From an uncultured Candidatus Saccharibacteria bacterium (GTDB taxonomy: Bacteria; Patescibacteriota; Minisyncoccia; UBA6257; 2-01-FULL-56-20): a stretch of 64,000 nt of DNA. The position numbers and the translations under genes are program-made. The stretch covers positions 2,684 through 66,683 of the forward strand of contig CAYIOP010000002.1 of NCBI GenBank assembly GCA_964365185.1. The letters are read 5' to 3'. This document shows, piece after piece, positions 24,308-32,719 of this stretch. How positions within the stretch are numbered: the first letter of the stretch is position 1; the number at the start of each line of letters is the position of its first letter. The notes under the pieces were generated by a model. The model was not told the DNA's origin, did not search any database, and saw nothing but the letters and a program-made list of their open reading frames with translations.

Positions 24308-26714
24308 CTCCGTCGCAATAAAACTTAGACGTTGGCTCTAAATATGAACTGTTTATATCAGCCCTCCATTTCTTTATACCCTCCAATCTCTCGTTGGCAT
24401 CTGATAAAGATAAACTAAGCATTTCAAAATCAAACCTAGTTTCTAACGATTGATTTAATTCTCGTACTTGCGAAGTGCTGGTGGTATTTTGAGCTTCATT
24501 GATAAAGTTATTGAGCCATGTGATCGAAGAACTCGCTTTATTAATTTCTTGTTGGAGTATAACTGGCTCTCTTGTTTCATAGTTCTTAATAGCAATTACC
24601 ATATTCGATAATCTAATAGGATCCCTATTGTCAGGTGGTCCATAATCATCCGCGCATAATACAAGCGATCTTTTCAGCACGTCAATGGTTAAAGGTATTT
24701 CCGGTAAATAAGAGCTATATTGGGCAAGAGTCAGGACTAGAATTTCTCGATAACCCTCTGCCAATTTTATCAAAGTGCTGGTCGGCTGAACTGAATTAAT
24801 CTCATTAATTTCTTGCGCGTCGCGAACGCAATCCCGATATTCCTGCGACTCCAAATTATAAGTGGCGCAAGTGGTTGTATAATCTTCTACTTCGTTTCGT
24901 CTATTTGAAACCAAAGCTAACCCTTCCGCTCCTTTTTGAAACATTTTATTAATTAAAGAATCCACAAAAGCGGTCGCAATCGCTATTAAATCATTGGAAT
25001 TAACAATCCAATCCAGATGTGCTCCAAGCGCTCTGTCGAGTGTCTCTGCCACTGCTTTGCCTGGTGTGGTATCTTCCCAGCCGTCTTGCGGGCAAACGTT
25101 AAACCATTTTAGTCCATCTGAATCCTGCTCTATCGGACCGATGTAATCTACTCCTGTCATTTTAGCTACTGCTTTTGCATCTTCCTCATCATTACCACTT
25201 AACGAACCTAATCTGGCCTCAACTTCTATAAAATCAATTGTTTTTCTCTTCTTACAAACTCGAGTTGTTAAAAATCCTTGGCTTGAACCGACTTTAAGCT
25301 GTTCTGCTTCTGCTTGCTTGGCGGATTTAGCCAGCGCCAAGTCGCTTAATTCAATCACCACTCCAAAATAATTATTCTGGGGTTTTAATACTTTGATATA
25401 ACTCTCAATTCCTCCAGCCCTAAAGTCATCATAAAAATCTTTTATATTTTCCGTCGCTTCATTCAGAGTGCATTTGAATTGTTTTTGAGTTCTTCTTTCT
25501 TCATTGCCCCGGGGAATTTCAAAACTTTTTATTATTAATCCCCTAAACCGTGAACAAAGCACTCCGGGCACAGTGATATTTGCCACCGCGCTTGAGAAGG
25601 TATTCACCGCGGCGTCTTTTAGAAAACCCGGGAAGTCCTGAACAAATTTTGGTTTACCGCCGCCCTGAATCCAATTGGTCGTTTGCTTCACAATCATATC
25701 TATTAGTTTCTTTTTAAGTTTTTCAGTTATTACTTGTTTAATCACTTTCCAAACATCACGCGCAAATATCTGAATATCGAAAACTATATCCCCAAACCCC
25801 AAAAATGCGTGAGCTTTCTTAATTGAAAAAATATTTACTAGAAATGAAATTGCTCCGTTCTGATTTTCTCCGCTCGAAAATTTATTTAATGCTTCGGCTT
25901 TTTTAAATTCATCTTCAAATTTACCAATCGCCTGATTGTAATTTTCTTCCTGCAGTCCAAAAACCAAACCGGTTTTAACCGGGTCAATTTGATCTTGAGC
26001 CAAAGTCAAAAAGTTTTTCTGATACAAAATAAGCTCCAAAAAACTTTTATGGAAATTAGCGAGCGGCTCCGGCACCTTAAGTGTTTTGGTTTTAATTATT
26101 GTTTGATCCAAAGCCAGCTCCACCGAACCCATAACTGTCTCTGGCGACGACTCGCTCAAAAAATTTGATAACCCGGTTTTAACAAAATTTTGTTCAATGA
26201 TTTCATTAAAGTTAGCAATATATTGAGCAACATCTTCCTGACTGGAATTTTTAATTATTTTAAAATCATTACTTTCTTTTTCTAATTCCCCCCTAACTTT
26301 ATTAATTTCCTCTCCAATTGCTTGAGGATTAGATATTGCCGCGGCCGAAGCGATTACATCTTGAGTTACGACATTCACCTTGTCAGAGATTAAACCCCCT
26401 TCTTCGGGATTTAGCGTTGCCATCTTTTCAGTCAATTTTCGCGCCAGATTTTCTGTTAGATTAGAGGGGTCTTCAGCCGGAGGCAACTCAACTTCACTAT
26501 TTTGAACCAGCGCCTCTGGTTGTTGAATTAGTGTTTCAATAAAAGCGCTTTTATTATTTTGACCATTTTCGGCTTTTGTCCCGGCTTCTATTTCAAAATC
26601 ACTATTTATGGTTGGTTTTTTTGAGTCCAATAAGCCGCCTAAAACAAAAGTCAACGAGCCAGCCATCAGCGCAAGTAGCAAAAAACTGGTGATGAGTTTT
26701 TTCGGATCAGCCAT
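24285..26714 (-). CDS. Large membrane-anchored hypothetical protein at the head of the T4SS-like operon
   Basis: N-terminal TM; internal KKAHA; TNWIQGGGKPKFVQD and TTPG motifs; several Cys. Confidence 0.7.
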   Translation of the reverse strand: MADPKKLITSFLLLALMAGSLTFVLGGLLDSKKPTINSDFEIEAGTKAENGQNNKSAFIETLIQQPEALVQNSEVELPPAEDPSNLTENLARKLTEKMATLNPEEGGLISDKVNVVTQDVIASAAAISNPQAIGEEINKVRGELEKESNDFKIIKNSSQEDVAQYIANFNEIIEQNFVKTGLSNFLSESSPETVMGSVELALDQTIIKTKTLKVPEPLANFHKSFLELILYQKNFLTLAQDQIDPVKTGLVFGLQEENYNQAIGKFEDEFKKAEALNKFSSGENQNGAISFLVNIFSIKKAHAFLGFGDIVFDIQIFARDVWKVIKQVITEKLKKKLIDMIVKQTTNWIQGGGKPKFVQDFPGFLKDAAVNTFSSAVANITVPGVLCSRFRGLIIKSFEIPRGNEERRTQKQFKCTLNEATENIKDFYDDFRAGGIESYIKVLKPQNNYFGVVIELSDLALAKSAKQAEAEQLKVGSSQGFLTTRVCKKRKTIDFIEVEARLGSLSGNDEEDAKAVAKMTGVDYIGPIEQDSDGLKWFNVCPQDGWEDTTPGKAVAETLDRALGAHLDWIVNSNDLIAIATAFVDSLINKMFQKGAEGLALVSNRRNEVEDYTTTCATYNLESQEYRDCVRDAQEINEINSVQPTSTLIKLAEGYREILVLTLAQYSSYLPEIPLTIDVLKRSLVLCADDYGPPDNRDPIRLSNMVIAIKNYETREPVILQQEINKASSSITWLNNFINEAQNTTSTSQVRELNQSLETRFDFEMLSLSLSDANERLEGIKKWRADINSSYLEPTSKFYCDGDEPAATG

Positions 26715-26781
26715 TCCTATCTATTATAGCGTTATTATTCACTTCTTATACAGAAGATATCCACAATTTCTGTAATCTATC

Positions 26782-26829
26782 ACCTACTGCGTCCGTCCGA
26801 AGCTTTAAGCGAAGGCGGATAACCTATCA
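26782..26829. repeat. REP-like palindromic element, intergenic copy
   Basis: ACCTACTGCGTCCGTCCGAAGCTTTAAGCGAAGGCGGATAACCTATCA; 45/48 identical to 27049-27096. Confidence 0.85.
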
Positions 26830-26830
26830 T

Positions 26831-27682
26831 CTAAAACCTCTCACCTAACTCTTTCGTAATTTTAATGATTTCTTCAACCCCTAAATCTTGAGGCCTAAGA
26901 TTAAAAGCTAATCCCAATTTCTCCAAACCCTCTTTAATTTTTGATCGATCAAGTTTTAACCCTTGTTTTAAGTTGTTTTCAATCGTTTTTCTTGGTTGCT
27001 GAAACAGAATTCGCACCATCTCATAATAATTTTTTCTCCCTACCTTTAACCTACTGCGTCCGTCCGAAGCTTTAAGCGAAGGAGGATCGCCTATCACCTT
27101 TAACCTAATCACGGCCGACTCCACCCCCGGCTCCGGCTTAAAAACCGATCTGGGCAAAGTTAAAATTATTTCGGGAATTGCCCAAAACTGGATTGAAGCC
27201 GCCAACCTATTCATTTTAGGTGGCTGGGCGATGATTCTCTCCGCCACCTCCTTTTGAATTGTCAAAACGCAAACCTCCGGTTTATTTTTAAGTTCTCCAA
27301 TTTGCCTCAAAAGATATCCAGTCAAATAATATGGAATGTTACCTACTAATTTATAAACTTTACATTTTTCGCTTATAGCTTTAAGTTCTTTTCTTACGTC
27401 TCCTTCAATAATTTCTATATTTTTATTTTCCTCGAATTTTTTTTTTAGTATTTGCACTAATTGTTCATCCCTTTCAATCGCAATAATCTTAACACCTAAC
27501 ACCTGCCTGCCCGCCACAGCTTTAGCGACGGAGGGACACCTAACACCTAATTCCTCCGTCAACTCTCCATGCCCCGCTCCTATTTCAATCACTGTTTCTC
27601 CGGTCTTTAACTCCAAAGCCGCCACAATTTTTTTAATGGCCTCATTGCTTTTTAAAAAATATTGTCCCAATTTTTTCCCCAT
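26831..27682 (-). CDS. rsmA: 16S rRNA dimethyladenosine transferase RsmA/KsgA with two repeat-derived insertions
   Basis: KKLGQYFL, VIEIGAGHGELT, VGNIPYYLT, QKEVAERI, FKPEPGVESAV, FQQPRKT. Confidence 0.96.
   Translation of the reverse strand: MGKKLGQYFLKSNEAIKKIVAALELKTGETVIEIGAGHGELTEELGVRCPSVAKAVAGRQVLGVKIIAIERDEQLVQILKKKFEENKNIEIIEGDVRKELKAISEKCKVYKLVGNIPYYLTGYLLRQIGELKNKPEVCVLTIQKEVAERIIAQPPKMNRLAASIQFWAIPEIILTLPRSVFKPEPGVESAVIRLKVIGDPPSLKASDGRSRLKVGRKNYYEMVRILFQQPRKTIENNLKQGLKLDRSKIKEGLEKLGLAFNLRPQDLGVEEIIKITKELGERF
27049..27096. repeat. REP-like palindromic element, in-frame copy inside rsmA
   Basis: Near-identical to 26782-26829; lies within the stretch translated VIGDPPSLKASDGRSRLKVG. 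Confidence 0.85.
27490..27550. repeat. REP-like palindrome within AACACCT heptamers, in frame inside rsmA
   Basis: AACACCTAACACCTGCCTGCCCGCCACAGCTTTAGCGACGGAGGGACACCTAACACCT; translated GVRCPSVAKAVAGRQVLGVK. Confidence 0.8.
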
Positions 27683-27774
27683 TGATTAGATTTTCTAAAT
27701 TCTATTTTTAGTTTTTATCTCCACCGTATCTCAAATGTATTTCTATTGCATCTCTATAACCTATAACCTAACAC

Positions 27775-29682
27775 CTAATCCAAAGTAATGTATCTCTCCT
27801 CATCTCTCAAGTTTGAAGCCACTTCGAATTTCATCGCTTCTTCTGATAGCTCGCTTAAAAATCTCGACGGGATATCGTAAAAAGATAAAAACAATTTTTT
27901 TCGCGCTCGGGTCATTGCCACATATAAAAGCCGCCTCTCTTCTTCGATGGCATTTTGAGTTTGAAATGAACGGTGGTGGGGGAGTACGCCTTCATTTATG
28001 CCCGCGACAAAAACATTATCAAACTCTAGTCCCTTCGCCAGATGAATCGTCATCAAATTCACCGTCGCCTTGCTCTTTGCTATTTGCCTGTCCCGAGTAA
28101 TGCCGAAGGGCGATTTGCTATTTGTGACATTGTCCGTCGCTTGCAATAAACTCGCTCGTTCCAAAAAATCTTCCACACTCTTAAAATTTTCGGCAAAATT
28201 TAAAAGTTCCAATATGTTTTCTTTCCGATCTTCGGGATTTTCAAAATTCTTGTCGAGATAACCAAAATAATCCATTTTATCGATAAATTTCTTGATTATT
28301 GCTGCTGGCTCTGCCTCTTTAAAATCGCCAATTTCGCGAACGAACCTTGAAAAACCTGCCTTTTTCAGGAATTTCGACAATCGCTCCCGGCTTAGCTCAT
28401 CATCTCTATTAGAAATGTATCTTAAAGCCGCGAGCACATCTTTTACCTCTCGGCGTTCGTAGAATTTGAGTCCGCCGAAAATTTGATAAGGCAGATTACT
28501 TTCTATGAGCGCTTGCTCAATCGGCCGCGACTGCGCGTTGGTCCGATAAAGAACCGCAGTTGATTCATTTTTATCTTTAACCTTTAATCTATCACCTATC
28601 ACCTGTTCCACAATCCACTCCGCTTCATCAATTTCTCCGCCGGTTTCTTTAAGGATTATTTTCTCTCCTTTTGAATTGTTGGTCCAAAGAGTTTTATCTT
28701 CCAATCCTTTTGGTTTCTGAAAATTATTTTTAATTAATGATGAAGCCGCCTGAATTATATTTTGAGTGGAGCGATAATTTTCACCCAAAAAAACCGTCTG
28801 GCTTCTTGACCAGTCCTGAGCGAAATTTAAAAAAATATCTATTTTAGATCCTCGCCAGCTGTAGATTGTTTGGTTGTGATCGCCCACCACGCTTAAATTT
28901 TGATTTTGGGTTGAGAGCAATTTAACCATTTCATTTTGCGCACCGTTGATATCTTGATATTCATCAACCAAAAAATGAGAAAATCTTTTTTGATATCTCT
29001 TAAGTACCTCCGGTTTTTGTTTAAACACTAAAACCACCTTTTGAATTAAATCATCAAAATCAAAAGCATTATTTTTTTTAAGCTCAATCTCATATTCGCT
29101 TAAAGCTTTTTCTATAATTTCATTTTGAAAGTTTGATTTTTTGTCTTGTAGCGAGATTTCATTTTTAATCATCGATACTTCGCTCATCAAATCTCCCGGC
29201 TTCATTTTTATTTTATCTTCTGAGCGCTTAGCTATTTTTTTAAATAATTGAAAAGAATCATTGTCATCGAAAATCGCGAAATTTGGTTTGCGGTCGCAAA
29301 AAATGGCAACTTCTCGCAAAATTCTGGCGCCGAGCGAATGAAACGTTCCTATAAATGGCGCCTGGCGATTTGCGCTTTGCGATAAGCTTTTTGTTACTCG
29401 CGCTAGCATTTCTTCGGCGGCTTTGTTGGTGAAAGTTAAGGCGCAGATTTTTGAAGGCGGTACGCCGTTTTTCATCAGATAAACAATTCTAGCCATTAAG
29501 GTTTTAGTTTTGCCGGTTCCTGCCCCAGCCACAATTAAAAGGGGATATCCCGGAGCTGTGGCCGCTTTAAGCTGTTCTGGGTTTAATCCTAAATTTTTTA
29601 TCCCACTATCCTGATCTGCCATAAGGTTTGATTTTTTAACTCCCCACCCCTTTATAAAAGAGCGAAGGTTGATTTTTAGCAT
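27775..29682 (-). CDS. pcrA: UvrD/PcrA superfamily 1 helicase; true start probably ATG 29622
   Basis: AGAGTGKT, TFTNKAA, VDEYQD, VGDHNQTIYSWRG, NYRST, MTIHLAKGLEF, EEERRLLYVAMTRA. Confidence 0.95.
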   Translation of the reverse strand: MLKINLRSFIKGWGVKKSNLMADQDSGIKNLGLNPEQLKAATAPGYPLLIVAGAGTGKTKTLMARIVYLMKNGVPPSKICALTFTNKAAEEMLARVTKSLSQSANRQAPFIGTFHSLGARILREVAIFCDRKPNFAIFDDNDSFQLFKKIAKRSEDKIKMKPGDLMSEVSMIKNEISLQDKKSNFQNEIIEKALSEYEIELKKNNAFDFDDLIQKVVLVFKQKPEVLKRYQKRFSHFLVDEYQDINGAQNEMVKLLSTQNQNLSVVGDHNQTIYSWRGSKIDIFLNFAQDWSRSQTVFLGENYRSTQNIIQAASSLIKNNFQKPKGLEDKTLWTNNSKGEKIILKETGGEIDEAEWIVEQVIGDRLKVKDKNESTAVLYRTNAQSRPIEQALIESNLPYQIFGGLKFYERREVKDVLAALRYISNRDDELSRERLSKFLKKAGFSRFVREIGDFKEAEPAAIIKKFIDKMDYFGYLDKNFENPEDRKENILELLNFAENFKSVEDFLERASLLQATDNVTNSKSPFGITRDRQIAKSKATVNLMTIHLAKGLEFDNVFVAGINEGVLPHHRSFQTQNAIEEERRLLYVAMTRARKKLFLSFYDIPSRFLSELSEEAMKFEVASNLRDEERYITLD

Positions 29683-29887
29683 TTTAACCGAATCTTGATT
29701 ATAAAGTAAACTGTTTTATAGAGAATTGACCTAAGTCGATCTTAATTCTAAAATATAGCGTCTTTACCAGCTCTTTGATAATTTACAAAATCATTTCCCT
29801 TTGGCTCCTTGAAAACTAAAAAGAGTAGCTCGCCCACGCGCCTTTCTTTGGCGCGGGGCAATTAAAGGTCGTTCTAAACTGATAATT

Positions 29888-31525
29888 ATGAAAAAAACCT
29901 TTATTCTGGCCCTCTCGTTGTTCTTAGTAATCCTATCTTTCAAAGCAGTAATGGCTGAAGACGAAATTCTGATTGTTGAACCCGCTACCCAAGATATGCC
30001 ATTTAGCGCCCCTACTCTTTTAGCTCTTCAAAATGAATCCCTGCCTCCAGAGATCTTACCAGAAAGCCCTACCTCTCCTGATTTAGGGTTATCTCTGATT
30101 GATGCTCTAAATAATGGCGAAGTTCAAAGCGATCAAGAAATTATTGAGGTTGCGTCATTCATTTCTAATTCCAACCCTGAGATTATAGATATTGATGACC
30201 TGCCTGATTTAGAAGTTGATTCGGGTCAAGAAAACCTGCTTCCTGTGATTGAAGCTCCGGCTTTTGTTTCGAGTACTGTTGGTTCAATGTTTGAATTTTC
30301 AGTTGTGATTAGCGATCCTGACGGAGATTTTATTTCAATTAAAACTAATCTGCCCGAAGGAGCTGTTTATTCCACCACCACTAACCTTGTCAGTTGGCTT
30401 CCGGTTTACCCGGGTAATTTTATCGCTTCCTTTTCCGCTTCGGATAGCTTTTCCACTAGTTCGTTGGATATCGGGATAGAAATTATCGAACCCGAAAACA
30501 AAGCCGCTTACAATCTTTGCGCTGATTTGAATCGAGATGGTGTTCTCGATCGCAATGATCCTAAGGTTTTAATGGATTATATTTTTAATGGCGGTCGTCT
30601 TGAATCAAATATCGATTATGATTTGGATGATAGTGGGGTAGTTGATATCAGCGATGTTGTCGCGCTTCTTTTCTATATTTACCGCCCAGAAGCAAGCTAT
30701 CTGCCGAGCTGTCCTATTCCCCCTGATAATAACAATCCTCCTCCAGTAAATCCTCCTCCCCCCGGCGGCGGCGCCCTGATTTTGGTTCCCGGTCGGTCGA
30801 ATCCAGCCGAACCCTCAACTTCTTCAACAGCTGGAATTGCTAATCTTCCGCCGGAGTTTCTGAATTTCTATCCAGCCACTTCAACTCCAGCCGATTGGCT
30901 TTATATCTATGATGCTGAGGCCTTCGATCCTGATGGCGATCGCTTAACTTATAGCTTAAGCAATGCCCCCTCGGGTATGAAGATAGTAAGTTCCACTGGA
31001 TTCATTTTCTGGATTCCCGGTCTAGTCCAAATCAGTCCCGATCCTTACGAAGTTGTTGTTAATCTCTCAGACGGGATAAATCTAGTCAGTCAAAATTTTT
31101 CTTTATTAGTTACCGCTTCACTTTGGAATGTCGCTGCTCCAGTTGTTGCTAACACCCCTCCCGAACCAGTCGAAGAAATTTCGCCTTCTATGCCAGAACC
31201 ACTAGTTGAATCCGTGGAAACCAAAATCCAAACCCCAACCACTTCCATTACTTTAGGACCTAACGATAATTTAAACAGAGGTCTTCTGGCCGCATTGATT
31301 GATGTTTTCGGAAATTTAGGCGATTGGCTGCTTAAGCGCCCAGTTTTTCTATTTTTGATTTTATTGATGGTTATTCTTTATTTTGTTCTCGCGGCCATCC
31401 GAAAAGAAAAACCAAAACTAATCCCCGAAAACTCCCCCCCAACTCCACTGATGATTTCTCCTGATTTGCCAGGTGACAATTCGTCATCTCCTACCCCGGC
31501 TGAACCATCTACCTATTATTACTAG
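29888..31525 (+). CDS. Surface adhesin-like protein: signal peptide, two cadherin-like/Ig domains, dockerin-like Ca-binding pair, C-terminal TM
   Basis: SDPDGD and FDPDGD Ig repeats; DLNRDGVLDRND and DLDDSGVVDISD; Pro-rich linkers; TM PVFLFLILLMVILYFVLAAI. Confidence 0.75.
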   Translation: MKKTFILALSLFLVILSFKAVMAEDEILIVEPATQDMPFSAPTLLALQNESLPPEILPESPTSPDLGLSLIDALNNGEVQSDQEIIEVASFISNSNPEIIDIDDLPDLEVDSGQENLLPVIEAPAFVSSTVGSMFEFSVVISDPDGDFISIKTNLPEGAVYSTTTNLVSWLPVYPGNFIASFSASDSFSTSSLDIGIEIIEPENKAAYNLCADLNRDGVLDRNDPKVLMDYIFNGGRLESNIDYDLDDSGVVDISDVVALLFYIYRPEASYLPSCPIPPDNNNPPPVNPPPPGGGALILVPGRSNPAEPSTSSTAGIANLPPEFLNFYPATSTPADWLYIYDAEAFDPDGDRLTYSLSNAPSGMKIVSSTGFIFWIPGLVQISPDPYEVVVNLSDGINLVSQNFSLLVTASLWNVAAPVVANTPPEPVEEISPSMPEPLVESVETKIQTPTTSITLGPNDNLNRGLLAALIDVFGNLGDWLLKRPVFLFLILLMVILYFVLAAIRKEKPKLIPENSPPTPLMISPDLPGDNSSSPTPAEPSTYYY

Positions 31526-31623
31526 TAATATGGAAGAGCCAGTTATAATCAAAAACCACCTACTAAAGCGGTGGTTTTTGATCTTTAAGCATTCCCAAAT
31601 TAAAATTTGTTATTATAAGAAAA

Positions 31624-32127
31624 ATGAGATTACTAAAAGAGAAAATAATTTCCTATCCGTTTGTAAGAAATTGGTTAAACGAAATTAAATCCCAAGGTTT
31701 TGATTGTCTCGCCACCAGGAAATTGCTGCTCCTCGCAGGCGTATTTATTCTACTCATCCTTTTTATAATCGGCGTCGCCACCAATAGAGTCAGCAATAAC
31801 GTTGCTTTTTTAGTTGAACTAGGCAAGGTATCTTTTTCTCCCCGTACTTTTAAAAGTAATTTGCCGCCTATTTTTCAGGTTATTGCCGCCTGTGAGTCCG
31901 GTGGACGTCAGTTTGATGAGTCCGGCCGAGTTATTCGCGGTCGGATAAATCGCTATGATGTCGGTCTCTATCAAATCAACGAAGTTATTCACCGCAATGC
32001 CATTCAAAACACTGGTCTTGATATTTACACTGAAGAAGGCAACACCGCTTTTGCCTCCTATCTTTATCAACAATCCGGTCTTGAGCCCTGGCGTTTTTCT
32101 AGAAGCTGTTGGCGCGACGCGCTCTAG
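31624..32127 (+). CDS. Membrane-anchored lysozyme-like / lytic transglycosylase
   Basis: IAACESGG (catalytic Glu), DVGLYQIN, GNTAFASYLY, PW...CW. Confidence 0.75.
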   Translation: MRLLKEKIISYPFVRNWLNEIKSQGFDCLATRKLLLLAGVFILLILFIIGVATNRVSNNVAFLVELGKVSFSPRTFKSNLPPIFQVIAACESGGRQFDESGRVIRGRINRYDVGLYQINEVIHRNAIQNTGLDIYTEEGNTAFASYLYQQSGLEPWRFSRSCWRDAL

Positions 32128-32197
32128 AAAACTCTTTACTTTTATGCCTTTACGGTGTTAATTTAAAATCAGTACAATTCAATCAAGGAGAACTTAA

Positions 32198-32596
32198 ATG
32201 TTTAATTGTCCGTCCTGTGGCCAACTGACAATTCACCTCAAAGCTGGCAGTTGCGGTGGTCTCGGTAGCTTAGATGGCTGCGAATTTTGTGATCAAGTGT
32301 ATATACAAACTTCAGGTGGCGTCGTCGACGATGGCCGCCACAGTTATGAACTCCTCGGCACCACACTCACAAAGTGGCGTAAGCTCAAAGCCGACGAGGA
32401 AAAAAGAGAGGCGGAGCTTGAGAAAAAAAGAGAGACCGGCGAAATCATCAAATGTCCCGGCTGTAATCTTGAGCTCTCCGCCTCTGATCTGCCAGCTCAG
32501 ATTAAACACATGGAAGATGAACATTCCGAAATCATCGCCGAGCGTCTCTATAATTCTGGTGAGAAAATTAAAGCCGCTACCTTCGTCAAGACTTAA
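32198..32596 (+). CDS. Zinc-binding hypothetical protein
   Basis: CPSC, CEFC and CPGC...HMEDEH; SD AAGGAG; own terminator. Confidence 0.7.
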   Translation: MFNCPSCGQLTIHLKAGSCGGLGSLDGCEFCDQVYIQTSGGVVDDGRHSYELLGTTLTKWRKLKADEEKREAELEKKRETGEIIKCPGCNLELSASDLPAQIKHMEDEHSEIIAERLYNSGEKIKAATFVKT

Positions 32597-32617
32597 AAGC
32601 ACAAAACCAGTCTCCTC

Positions 32618-32648
32618 GCCGCCGAAATTAATTTCGGCGGCCTTTTCT
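32618..32648 (+). terminator. Intrinsic terminator
   Basis: GCCGCCGAAAT-TA-ATTTCGGCGGC followed by CTTTTCT. Confidence 0.75.
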
Positions 32649-32719
32649 ATTAATTGAATTAGAATAAATTTAAATCAAAAAATTTGTCGCCAGTCATAAG
32701 TTATCAGTCATGAGTCAAT

